From the NCBI GenBank assembly GCA_964493715.1, contig CAZBPC010000048.1:1-24485 (forward strand): a stretch of 24,485 nt of DNA, given 5' to 3'. Under the pieces are notes generated by a model, which ran no database searches, was not told where the DNA came from, and saw only the letters and a list, made by a program, of their open reading frames with translations. This document shows positions 1-9,414 of this stretch, one piece after another. The stretch's first letter is position 1. Every line of letters begins with the position of its first letter. Position numbers and translations under genes: made by a program. The DNA comes from an uncultured archaeon. GTDB taxonomy: Archaea; Asgardarchaeota; Lokiarchaeia; Sigyniarchaeales; SOKP01.

Positions 1-97
1 TTTGGATATCTTCTCATATTTTAAAAGAAACTCTCAATATTTTTTTTTATTTCGACAAGATAGAAATTTACGATTACAATCAAAAATAAATTCTTGG

Positions 98-130
<33 letters not shown>

Positions 131-190
131 AGGATGATTTTAAGACTTAGGAGGTCCTTCTCGAGGTCTAAGTAAGAAACTAAATACTAA

Positions 191-1420
191 TTACTTAATA
201 TCACCGGTCCATATTTTTAATTTACCATTTTCCCATCTAAAAATAACCTTTTCTTCCCTCGCTAACCAGCCTATTGCCATTAGTAATAAATCTGGTCTAT
301 CTGCATAATTTTTCTTTAGCAGCTCTAAATTAATTTCTTTCTTAGAAGCTATTTTAAAGATTTCTCCAGCAAGGAATCCTATATCCACATCGAAATTGGA
401 TTGGGATTTTATTAATTCTTTTAATAACGTAGTAAGATTAAGTGATACTACAGCTATCCGCTTATCGGCTGCTCCATAATAGATATACAATCTATTCTTG
501 AAAATAGCAGTGCCTGTAGGAAAAACAACATTCCAAACATCGCCCATTTTCTCGTAATCCTCCTTTGGAGAGAAAAGTGGTTTCTTCAACCGACCAATAA
601 CTCTAAAGGGAGGTTCTTTTTCAAGTAAGGCCGCAGAGACGTGATAGATTTGACCTGTATTAGTATCTTCAACTGCGTGATAGATTAAAAGCCAACCTAA
701 TGGTGTATTGATCAGAGGTGCTCCACCTCCTATATGGTGAGACTCGTAACTAAACTCTGGCTCCATCAAGATATGTTGGTCTAATTTTTTTAAATATTCT
801 TCCCAATACTTTAGATTCTTTAATTGATTAAAATCCATGAAATCAATTAATTGAATATCTGGTAAGATCCTATGTATTAAAACAAATTTGTTGTTATATT
901 TTTCAGGGAATAAATAACAATCTTTTTCCCATAAAAGAACGTCTGGAGCGGTAATATCTTTAATATATGATACGAAGAGAAAATATTTCTGTTTCAAATG
1001 CGATTGCTTGAATATATTTTTTGCATCTTCATAACTTATTGAAGGAGTAATTAACCCGTGTTTCTCCCAATTAATCAAATTTTTACTTGTTGCAAATGCA
1101 ACTCTTGCATTTTTTCCATCATATGCTGTATAAAAAAGATAAAAAATCCCATCTAGTGAAACAATCCTAGGATCTTCTACACCGTGGATTTCATAATCAT
1201 GTTCGGGAAAAATAATAGGTTCTTCTTTTTTTTCAATAATATTTAAAGGACCCTCTAATTTAATATATCCAATACTTGAATAATTCCCTTTTCTTACTGC
1301 ACGGTAGAACATATGAAGGGTATTATCTTCTTGGTATATCGTAGGATTTAAAACTGCTTGATTTTCAAATTCTAAATCAGTCGCTTCAAGTAAAATCCCC
1401 TCTCTTTTAATCACTACCAT
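191..1420 (-). CDS. GH130-family glycosidase/phosphorylase with C-terminal DUF2582-like winged-helix domain
   Basis: Beta-propeller GH130 motifs AVLNP, GVEDPRI, YTAYDG, EKD, NVVFPTG, YYGAAD. The last ~65 aa (IGFLAGEIF...LMAIGWLAREEKV) match the DUF2582 wHTH pattern. Confidence 0.85.
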   Translation of the reverse strand: MVVIKREGILLEATDLEFENQAVLNPTIYQEDNTLHMFYRAVRKGNYSSIGYIKLEGPLNIIEKKEEPIIFPEHDYEIHGVEDPRIVSLDGIFYLFYTAYDGKNARVAFATSKNLINWEKHGLITPSISYEDAKNIFKQSHLKQKYFLFVSYIKDITAPDVLLWEKDCYLFPEKYNNKFVLIHRILPDIQLIDFMDFNQLKNLKYWEEYLKKLDQHILMEPEFSYESHHIGGGAPLINTPLGWLLIYHAVEDTNTGQIYHVSAALLEKEPPFRVIGRLKKPLFSPKEDYEKMGDVWNVVFPTGTAIFKNRLYIYYGAADKRIAVVSLNLTTLLKELIKSQSNFDVDIGFLAGEIFKIASKKEINLELLKKNYADRPDLLLMAIGWLAREEKVIFRWENGKLKIWTGDIK

Positions 1421-1629
1421 AAGTAATTTAGATATTTAAAGTTATTAAGTTTTGTTAGTTTTTAATTTTCGACCTAAAAAATATGGACGGAAAAGACATA
1501 TAAACTGGTAGATCTCCACTCTTGGGCAAGGGATACACTTGAGAATGACCTAGTCTTAAGATAATATAATTTAAGAACACATTCTATTAAAGTTTTAGAT
1601 AAATTAATTAAGTATAATGAGGATAATGC

Positions 1630-1926
1630 AATTTTTTCGGAGATGTTTAAAAAAAGTGCATTAGAAATGAACCTATTTAGACTTTTGTTGACATCATTTC
1701 AGAAAATGAATTAATTGAGCTTGAAAAATCTGAAATTAGTAAGAAATTACAATTAAAACTAGGGATAACATAGAAAGAATCAACTTCTGATTATTATATT
1801 AAACTTTTGTTTAACTGGGCACGTAATACTAATCTAAGTCCAGAGATTTATTATAGAAAAAGGGATCCAATAAAAAATAGAGATAATTATATGAATTTTC
1901 TTGATTTTATTAAAGATAAAAAATAA
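1630..1926 (+). pseudogene. Degraded fragment of an unknown, possibly winged-helix-like, protein
   Basis: The frame from 1681 reads TFVDIISENELIELEKSEISKKLQLKLGIT*KESTSDYYIKLLFNWARNTNL...DFIKDKK*, with in-frame TAGs at 1678 and 1771 and a probable frameshift just upstream. The 5' boundary is approximate. Confidence 0.45.
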
Positions 1927-2049
1927 TTTTTTGAAAATTAATAAACTTTTCATTTTGAATCGAGATTTGAACTTAATTTCGTGAAAAATGGAATTAAATG
2001 AGAGATTTTAGTAAATTAAATATATAATTCAATTAAAATAAAATTAAAC

Positions 2050-2470
2050 TCTTTTCTTTTGGAGAGTTGCAAAAAAAAGTTCAAAGTTGCAACTTAAAAT
2101 TCATACAAAAGGAGCGGAGAAGGAGGTTTTTGAGCTACTCCCATCATAAAATATCTCTAATGTGAATATACATTGGTATTCAGGATCAGAACAATTTTTG
2201 AAAGAAAGAATTGAAAGAGGACATTATTTTTCGATAACACCCTAAAAAAATTAAGCTCCACCGGTTAGAAAAACTGTTAAAATGGTTGATATAGATCATA
2301 TGTTATTGGAAAGTGATGGACCAGTTAAATATTCGAGACAGATTGGAACACCCATGATGATAAAAGATGTATTAAAAATCATTGGTGATATAAAAAAGGT
2401 TGATATAATTGAAATGGAAAACCAAATTGAAAGGAATACAATAGAAATATTTCCTAAACTTTTTAATTAA
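2050..2470 (+). pseudogene. tatD: TatD-family nuclease pseudogene (C-terminal half)
   Basis: One frame from 2099 reads IHTKGAEKEVFELLPS*...NIHWYSG...GHYFSITP*KN*APPVRKTVKMVDIDHMLLESDGP. These are TatD motifs (IH, HWYSG, LLESDGP) broken by TAA at 2147, 2243 and 2252. No N-terminal HxH part is recognisable. The 62-aa ORF at 2282 is the tail. Confidence 0.85.
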
Positions 2471-2502
2471 TTCCTTTTTCGATGATTATGCCTAATAAAA
2501 TT

Positions 2503-2970
2503 TCAAGATTGGGTAAAACTTCTTTCCTTATGCTTTAATTCGAAATAAGTCTTATCTCTGAGGATAATATCATATATTTCAGCTAAATATTTGTTTTTCA
2601 AAAGATTATCAAGAAATTTTATAATAGAATCATAATGTTCTTTGATAAAAGTATTTGTTTGAGAAAATTCATAAGAAATATCCTTAATCAAATTAAAATC
2701 AAATTTGATATCAACTGTTTTCATCTCTTCGATTTTTCTCTTTATTCTTCTATCATGATAATTAGTCCATACCGATTCATAAATAAAATAATTAATAAAT
2801 TGAACTGTTTCCGTAATAATTCCGAGAGAAAGTGCAGCTACTAAACTACCTGTAATAATAAAAACAACTAATATTCCAAGAGCGATTGTTATAATTCTGT
2901 AGATAATACTTTTAAATAGACTTTCTTTTAGATTTTCTTTCCAATTAGCAAATTTTTCTTTCTGCGCCAT
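2503..2970 (-). CDS. DUF2061-like small membrane protein with soluble C-terminal extension
   Basis: ESLFKSIIYRII...two hydrophobic helices...YFIYESVW matches the DUF2061 pattern (KsisyR...yyhErvW). Confidence 0.7.
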   Translation of the reverse strand: MAQKEKFANWKENLKESLFKSIIYRIITIALGILVVFIITGSLVAALSLGIITETVQFINYFIYESVWTNYHDRRIKRKIEEMKTVDIKFDFNLIKDISYEFSQTNTFIKEHYDSIIKFLDNLLKNKYLAEIYDIILRDKTYFELKHKERSFTQS

Positions 2971-3200
2971 TATTCAATTATCTCTTTAACCATTAGAGTC
3001 ATTAAGATTTACTTCATTCTATATCAAAATTTTATAGAATTTTTATATTAAATAGATAGGGTAGAACCTTATATTTTTTACATATTTTCAACGTAATAGT
3101 TAAATGAGATTTCCTCTGTAAAATCAATTTCTATTTTGATATTAGAACAATAGGAGGATAAAAATACACATGTAAAATTTCCAATAAATGGTATTAGGAG

Positions 3201-4217
3201 TTAATTTTCTTCATATTTCTTCATTAATTCTAATGCTTCCGCAGGAAATTCTTCTCCTTTATTGATCATTCGTTTGAGCATATCTTTTAATTCTAATATT
3301 GTACTACCATATATATGGAGTGAGTTACTAAAATCTACGTAATGTCCAATCTCAACACCAAGTTCCTCAGCTACATATTTCTGGATCCTAATCATTCCAT
3401 TGACATTTGCTTCCCATGCTCGGAATAAATCCCTACTTCTCCAAGTTGTTTGCATCAATAATTTTCCATCTTTAATTCTCATAAAAATTCTTTGGAGACA
3501 TGGGGGATCAAAGTGAAATGGATCCACTAATGGACGCCACGTTATTGCTTGAGCCCTGCGAGAAAAAGGAGTTTCTTTCAGTTTTCTTATTATATATTCA
3601 ATCTGATTTATTCGAGGAAAATTTATAATTTCTATAGGAATTTTACTTATTCCTACTTGATCAGAAATCTTGGTATTCAAATCAAACTCTACAAGATTCT
3701 TCAATTTCCATATTTCTGAATCTTTTGAGGATGCTATTTTTCCCGCTCTTTTTAATTTTTCATGATTCTTCACAAATTGGTTGCTAAGAATTTCTAAATC
3801 ATAATTAACATAAACCGAATCTTCAAGAGAAAAAGGAGCATAATTATAAACTCGATCATGGTATGAATAAGGAAAACTCGTTCCAGAATCCCAGATATAA
3901 TGATCATTAACACCCTCAAGTATTTCTTCGATGTATCCACCTTGAATTGAACCGATTAAATATGTATCTGCCATGCATCCATAAATTTCATAGGAATTAT
4001 CATATTTGGACTTAATTTTCATTATTTTATCTTTTCTCATAATGGGCGCACTAAATGGTTCTTCTATTTCAACCATAACTGTTGCATCTTTTGATGGGAG
4101 GTCATCGGGCTTATCATATTCTGTTTTAATATCATCTCCTTCATATAACACCTGGATTACGGCAGACAGCCAAGCATCTCTAACATTTTGTTTTGAAACA
4201 TATATCACTTTAGCCAT
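3201..4217 (-). CDS. thyA: Archaeal-type thymidylate synthase with internal insertion
   Basis: Motifs SRRAQAITW, DPPCLQ (catalytic Cys), RSRDLFRAWEAN, SLHIY. Start moved to ATG 4217 (MAKV), which follows an SD-like GAGGTG; the ORF track starts at 4253. Confidence 0.88.
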   Translation of the reverse strand: MAKVIYVSKQNVRDAWLSAVIQVLYEGDDIKTEYDKPDDLPSKDATVMVEIEEPFSAPIMRKDKIMKIKSKYDNSYEIYGCMADTYLIGSIQGGYIEEILEGVNDHYIWDSGTSFPYSYHDRVYNYAPFSLEDSVYVNYDLEILSNQFVKNHEKLKRAGKIASSKDSEIWKLKNLVEFDLNTKISDQVGISKIPIEIINFPRINQIEYIIRKLKETPFSRRAQAITWRPLVDPFHFDPPCLQRIFMRIKDGKLLMQTTWRSRDLFRAWEANVNGMIRIQKYVAEELGVEIGHYVDFSNSLHIYGSTILELKDMLKRMINKGEEFPAEALELMKKYEEN

Positions 4218-4377
4218 TTTAAACACCTCAATAAATCCATGATTTTGTATCATTTCTAATATTATAAACTTCTTGTTAAAACTTTAATATAATTTTATAA
4301 AATAACCAGCAAAATTTTAAATTCGGAATAATATATACATTTTAAAGAGTTTAACCAGTAAAAAATGGACTGTAAAA

Positions 4378-4671
4378 TTGATTTCACTAAAACTACGTTG
4401 GGAACCACCATTTAATGAGATAACTAATACTACAAATGAAATAATTAAGTTAGAAAATGAATTAACTTTGGAGGAATTATTTATCTTTTTTTACGAGAAA
4501 TATGGTCCAAAATTCAAGGATCTATTATGGGATAAGAAAATTAAAGGGGAATTTAGTTCTTTTCTTTCTATCATAATCAATGGGAGGAGTTATCGAGATG
4601 AGAACTTTTTAAAGACCCAAATAAAGGATGGAGATGATATTGCCTTTCTTTATCTCTATTTTGGTGGATAA
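4378..4671 (+). CDS. MoaD/ThiS/SAMP/Urm1-like ubiquitin-like protein
   Basis: Beta-grasp size and pattern, SIIINGR and IKDGDDIAFL motifs, C-terminal Gly-Gly. TTG start. Confidence 0.85.
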   Translation: MISLKLRWEPPFNEITNTTNEIIKLENELTLEELFIFFYEKYGPKFKDLLWDKKIKGEFSSFLSIIINGRSYRDENFLKTQIKDGDDIAFLYLYFGG

Positions 4672-4683
4672 TCTCTTCTAATT

Positions 4684-5721
4684 TCAAATTAGAACGTAGA
4701 TTAACCACATTCCAAAACCCGTTAAAATTGGGTTTAAAATATTATCCGAGATTCGATTTATAAACATGTCAATTAACATGAAGAGAACCATTGCTACGAA
4801 TGCCATTAATAAAATCTTAACAAAATTCAATGGCATCCATTGTTGATATAGACTCATTATCATAATTACGATTAAAAATGTTGAGGACGCACCGGCAATG
4901 AAACCCTCCTTAGTCTTTCCAGAATTTTTTCTTAATGGATGCTTTCCATACTTTTTTCCAATTATGCACGCCAAACCATCTGCTGCAGTTGTGATAAGTG
5001 CAACAGCTCCTAATATCGGGAAAGGTGCAAAAATGAATGGTACAAATGCTAAAACTAAAGGTGTGGATGCTATAAACGTATCTAATTCTTCTGGTCTCAT
5101 TGATAAATACCAATTTCTTGCCCAATTTGGTAGCATATATGATTTATTTAATCGAGCAAGATCAGCAATTTGGAACATTATAACAAATGCAAACCCAACG
5201 GTTATTATCCACCAATACGAAAAACTATAGTTATCTAATCCAACAGTATCTAAATATCCCATTGAATCAAGAATTGTACCAATTGTCCAAAAAACAAAGA
5301 TTACTGCGACAGTGAAGATGTGTAAGATTTTTCTTCCAAACTCACCTTTTAGATCATCAACCCAATTTCGAATTACTTGATCACGAAATATTTTATAATC
5401 CCTTTCTGCCATCAATTTAGGATCTTTTTTTGAAATTAATGCATTATATCCCAATACTACGATCCACACGATCAATTCTAAAACTAAAATTATTGAAGTT
5501 AAAGCCCATAGAGTATTTAAAGAACCCAAAGTCAATCTCGGAGAATTTGTTTGATACAGAAAGGGGAAGGATATGCCAGCATTCATAAATAGAATTACTA
5601 CTAACATTTCATTAATTAATATTTTCTTTTCTATTTTTTCCCTTTTATTAATCAAGACGTAGATGCAAGTTATTACTGAGAATCCAATAAAAATTAAGAT
5701 AGTAGGAATATAAGAGACCAT
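4684..5721 (-). CDS. CTP-dependent polyprenol/diacylglycerol kinase family membrane protein (dolichol kinase/phytol kinase/Dgk1-like)
   Basis: Many TM helices; RKILH, ADGLACIIGKKYG, KTKEG and SDNILNP motifs. Confidence 0.8.
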   Translation of the reverse strand: MVSYIPTILIFIGFSVITCIYVLINKREKIEKKILINEMLVVILFMNAGISFPFLYQTNSPRLTLGSLNTLWALTSIILVLELIVWIVVLGYNALISKKDPKLMAERDYKIFRDQVIRNWVDDLKGEFGRKILHIFTVAVIFVFWTIGTILDSMGYLDTVGLDNYSFSYWWIITVGFAFVIMFQIADLARLNKSYMLPNWARNWYLSMRPEELDTFIASTPLVLAFVPFIFAPFPILGAVALITTAADGLACIIGKKYGKHPLRKNSGKTKEGFIAGASSTFLIVIMIMSLYQQWMPLNFVKILLMAFVAMVLFMLIDMFINRISDNILNPILTGFGMWLIYVLI

Positions 5722-5812
5722 AAGAATATTTATGACAATTTTTTTTTAATTCTAATTTCTATATTTTTGTATTTATTTATTTATTTTGATATGTGGGAGA
5801 AAATTAAGGTTA

Positions 5813-6958
5813 TTACATCCAACTCAAAAATATTGTGAAATAATTAAAATTAAAGAAATATCGAATTAATACGTATATAAGCGCGCAACATATGGGAATC
5901 AATAAATTATCTGAAACGTTGACAGGTTTTTTTGTGAGGACATCAATGATAAAAAAGACTAATGTAAAAATTATTGACCATATCATTCCTGTAAAGAAAA
6001 AACAAATAATAAAACAGGTAATACATCCTGCTAGTGTCCCTTCCCATGATTTGTTACCATTAGTTTTAATTTTTCTTGTTCCATATCGTATACCGATTTG
6101 ACTCGTCATTAAATCGGCTATGGAACTCATTCCCAGGATAGCAAAATATACCATTGGAGGACAGAGGAATGAAGCAAACATTTGTCCCAAAGTAAAATAC
6201 ATATAAGCTCCATAACCTTCTTCTTCATAATCACAAAGATATATAGAACAAATAAAATTGAAAGGGAACGTAAAATATCTCGTTTTTCGGGTGAATTCCA
6301 TTGCAAGCATTAATAATGTAAAGGAATAGAAGAAAAAGAAGAGTAAGTAATAGAACCAACCAAGGGTAAATAACACATCACTCATGCTATTTGGTTCAGT
6401 AAAAATCCTTAGATATAAATAGAACATATTGTTCTCATAAGGAATCATACCTTGGGTAGAACCACTAAAATCTTTTACAACAATAACCCCTATATACCAT
6501 AAGAGAAATAATGCAATAAAGATTAATACATGAGCCAATTTTCTATAGATATCATATCTAATTTTACTCCTTTTAAGCAATCTTCTTGTCATGTTTAGTT
6601 TATATCTTGCAAAAACGTCAGATTTAAATCCAAACTTAATAATTACATACACTAATGACGAGATCAATACGATAATCGAAAATATTATAATTGGTAAGCC
6701 TAATGTCGTCAACCATAATGGTAAAATTGTCTGATGTAATGCTTTATCTTGGAACATTAAAATTAGGAACAGAAGAATGTGAGTTGTAACCATAAAAAGA
6801 GCTCCAAACCCTATGATATTTTCATACAAGACATTCTTATCCGAAAAATGCAAATAAAGGAATAAAATTAAGAAATAAGAAATTAAAAGGACGAAAAACC
6901 ATTCGAAGAAAATTACCATAGAATTGAAACCATTTACTATTTCGTTTAATATAATCAT
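5813..6958 (-). CDS. CTP-dependent polyprenol/diacylglycerol kinase family membrane protein (paralog)
   Basis: Many TM helices; RKLAH, ADLMTSQIGIRYG, KSWEG and SDNLLIP motifs. Confidence 0.8.
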   Translation of the reverse strand: MIILNEIVNGFNSMVIFFEWFFVLLISYFLILFLYLHFSDKNVLYENIIGFGALFMVTTHILLFLILMFQDKALHQTILPLWLTTLGLPIIIFSIIVLISSLVYVIIKFGFKSDVFARYKLNMTRRLLKRSKIRYDIYRKLAHVLIFIALFLLWYIGVIVVKDFSGSTQGMIPYENNMFYLYLRIFTEPNSMSDVLFTLGWFYYLLFFFFYSFTLLMLAMEFTRKTRYFTFPFNFICSIYLCDYEEEGYGAYMYFTLGQMFASFLCPPMVYFAILGMSSIADLMTSQIGIRYGTRKIKTNGNKSWEGTLAGCITCFIICFFFTGMIWSIIFTLVFFIIDVLTKKPVNVSDNLLIPICCALIYVLIRYFFNFNYFTIFLSWM

Positions 6959-7097
6959 TATTAATTATTTGAGGAATATTAAATCCTACGAAATTTGATT
7001 TCATCAATTTTAATGAACTCAATTGAAAAGAAAGATTTAGTATGAAATTCTTCTTTATTGTAAATATCTCAGTAGTAAATAGGTAAAGATATCATAA

Positions 7098-7697
7098 ATG
7101 AAAAAAATTATCTTAGCATCAAAATCACATGACAGGAAGGAGATCCTTGAAAGAGCAGGAATTTATTTCGAAATATTATCAATAAATGTAAAAGAAACTG
7201 AATATAAAAAGAAAATATCAGACCCCATACTCTTAGTGAAAGAATTAGCAAAAGCTAAAGTGATAGAAGCAAAAAAAATGATAAATAATCGTAAGAAAGA
7301 TATTATCATAATTTCCGCAGATACTCTTATTGAATTTCAAGGTCAGATAATAGGGAAGGCTAAAAGTGAGGAGGAGGCATATAAAATGATAAAATCTCTT
7401 AAAAATCAAACCCATAATCTTATAACAGGTTTAGCAATAACCGAAATTGGCAATGAGAAAATAGTTGTTGATTATGATTCTTCCAAGGTATGTTTTTCTG
7501 ATTTATCTGATGAAGAGATCCATTCTTACATCAAAACAGGAGAATGGAAAGGAAGGGCTGGGAGTTATTCAATAAGAGATAAAGCCAGTCTATTTATAAA
7601 GTATATACATGGCTCCTCGTCTAATGTTATAGGTTTACCAATGCATAAAGTATTTGAAATTCTAAAAAATGAATTTAGTCTAAATTTATTAAGATGA
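7098..7697 (+). CDS. maf: Maf-family nucleoside triphosphate pyrophosphatase
   Basis: IILASKS..RKEIL, AKAK, ISADT, IIGK, GRAGSY and NVIGLP motifs. Confidence 0.93.
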   Translation: MKKIILASKSHDRKEILERAGIYFEILSINVKETEYKKKISDPILLVKELAKAKVIEAKKMINNRKKDIIIISADTLIEFQGQIIGKAKSEEEAYKMIKSLKNQTHNLITGLAITEIGNEKIVVDYDSSKVCFSDLSDEEIHSYIKTGEWKGRAGSYSIRDKASLFIKYIHGSSSNVIGLPMHKVFEILKNEFSLNLLR

Positions 7698-7721
7698 TAA
7701 TTCTAATTTTTAAAGAAAATA

Positions 7722-7886
7722 CTAAGAAGTTTCTCTCCATCCTTTTAATCTTTCATAGAATTTTAAGACTCTTTCTAAACTAGAAACTATTTCTTCATAA
7801 TATTTCTTATCAGCATATTGATGAGTAGCTAACCTTTTTGCAATCTCTATATTATTCCGATATCTAATGATTTTATCCTCAATCAC
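7722..7886 (-). CDS. Small 54-aa helical hypothetical protein (below ORF-track cutoff)
   Basis: GTG 7886 to TAG 7722 gives MIEDKIIRYRNNIEIAKRLATHQYADKKYYEEIVSSLERVLKFYERLKGWRETS. It has an amphipathic helical-hairpin pattern and fills the gap convergent with maf. Confidence 0.6.
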   Translation of the reverse strand: MIEDKIIRYRNNIEIAKRLATHQYADKKYYEEIVSSLERVLKFYERLKGWRETS

Positions 7887-8110
7887 ATCCAACTGACAAA
7901 AGTCATTTTATTTAATAAGAAGAAATATCGTGATAATACATTTTGAAATAAAAGAAAAGCATTATTCACCCCTAATAAAGAGGTAAAATGGCATAATAAA
8001 TTGACAATTTAAAAAGCAAATCTATAAAAACCATTATTCAGTAAAGAACTTAATAATTAATTGATGTTCTAAATAAATAATATATAATCAATCAAAATAG
8101 GAGAAATAAA

Positions 8111-8440
8111 ATGAAAACGCATTATAAAAATTACGATATCATGAGGATTTTAACTGTCCTTGGAGGTATTATTGGATTGATCACGATTATCTTAGGGTTT
8201 TTAAATATCCCGAATTATAGCTATATTCATGTAAATATAGGTCTTGAGCCTGTACTTATTTTCATTATTGGTTTAGTAGTTTGTGTGATAACAATATTGG
8301 TAGGGATGAGGGAAATTCTTCCATTCCATTGGCTCACGTTACTCATTCTAGCAATACTTCTAGCAATTTTTAATGCAGGTGTGTGGGCAGTTGTATGTCT
8401 CGTTATCGCATTTTTAATTGGTCTCATTGAAGAATTTTAA
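8111..8440 (+). CDS. Small integral membrane hypothetical protein (3-4 TM)
   Basis: Very hydrophobic 109-aa ORF with an AGGAG SD-like sequence upstream. Confidence 0.7.
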   Translation: MKTHYKNYDIMRILTVLGGIIGLITIILGFLNIPNYSYIHVNIGLEPVLIFIIGLVVCVITILVGMREILPFHWLTLLILAILLAIFNAGVWAVVCLVIAFLIGLIEEF

Positions 8441-8470
8441 ACAAATATCAATTCTTTTTTTGTTTTCTTA

Positions 8471-9340
8471 TTAATTCTTTGCAGTTTTCAGAAAAAAGGA
8501 GACAATTTCTTCAGATAAATTAATATCGGTCACTTTTTGTAAAGCTGTAAATCCAGGGATCGAATTTACTTCTAATACCTGATATCCTTGTTCACTTTCT
8601 ACTATGTCAACTCCGGCGATTTGAGTGTGGGTCACTTCTGCAGCCCTAATAGCCAACTTTTTTAGATCATTCGTCAATTCAAGAGGTTGCATCTTTGCTC
8701 CAGCATGAATATTTGTTTTCCAATTATTACTTACTCGATACATTCCTGCAATCGCTTTGTTTCCTAAGACAAGAATTCTTATATCACGATTATGATGTTC
8801 AATAAATTCTTGAAGATAAAATACGTAATTCAATTGTCCTAAGGAATATATTACATTTTCAGCAAAAGCTTTATCATTTATTCTAATAATACCAATACCT
8901 TTTGAGCCAAAAAGTGGTTTTAATACGACATCGTTGTCTAATTCTTCAAAAGCTTTAAGAGCATCCTCCGTGCCTTCACATACAATAGTTTTAGGAGTAG
9001 GAACATTATTATATTCCAGAAAAAGTGAGGTTAGGAATTTATCGCTAGCAATTTCTAGCGATTCTCTTGAATTGATCAACTGAATACCAATCGCTTCAAT
9101 CGCACTTAAAATATCTAATCTAAAAAATATTTTTTGTGTTGCTGCCGCACCAAATCCTCTTACCAATGCAGCAGGAGGATTAAGATTCTCAAAAGATTTC
9201 TGAAATTTATTGATATTAATTTTGACAGATACTATTGATGGAATGAAATATTTAACACTATAATCTCGATTTTTAAATTCTTGTGATAAAATTTGTACTT
9301 CTGGATCTGATGGATTTGGAGTTATAATCATTGAGTGCAT
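8471..9340 (-). CDS. RimK-family ATP-grasp alpha-L-glutamate ligase (MptN/CofF-like)
   Basis: SDKFLT, VLKPLFGSKGIG, YLQEFI, RDIRILV, WKTNIHAG, AGVDI, EVNSIPGF. The N-terminal IFFRLDIL resembles MptN-type enzymes. Confidence 0.88.
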   Translation of the reverse strand: MHSMIITPNPSDPEVQILSQEFKNRDYSVKYFIPSIVSVKININKFQKSFENLNPPAALVRGFGAAATQKIFFRLDILSAIEAIGIQLINSRESLEIASDKFLTSLFLEYNNVPTPKTIVCEGTEDALKAFEELDNDVVLKPLFGSKGIGIIRINDKAFAENVIYSLGQLNYVFYLQEFIEHHNRDIRILVLGNKAIAGMYRVSNNWKTNIHAGAKMQPLELTNDLKKLAIRAAEVTHTQIAGVDIVESEQGYQVLEVNSIPGFTALQKVTDINLSEEIVSFFLKTAKN

Positions 9341-9414
9341 GTGTGTCCTCTCTTTCTTATTAATTAAATCAAGTCCACTGAATAAATAAATTTAAGTTAT
9401 TTAAATACATAATT

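Noticed and set aside
1-17. Possible start of a minus-strand gene (ATG at 17) running off the window
   Set aside because: Only five codons are visible, so it cannot be supported.
1678-2254. Stop-codon recoding (Pyl/Sec or alternative code) explaining the in-frame stops
   Set aside because: The stops are mixed TAA/TAG with truncation and probable frameshifts, and intact genes end in standard stops.
3618-3833. Intein in thyA
   Set aside because: Too short, and no terminal His-Asn followed by Cys/Ser/Thr.
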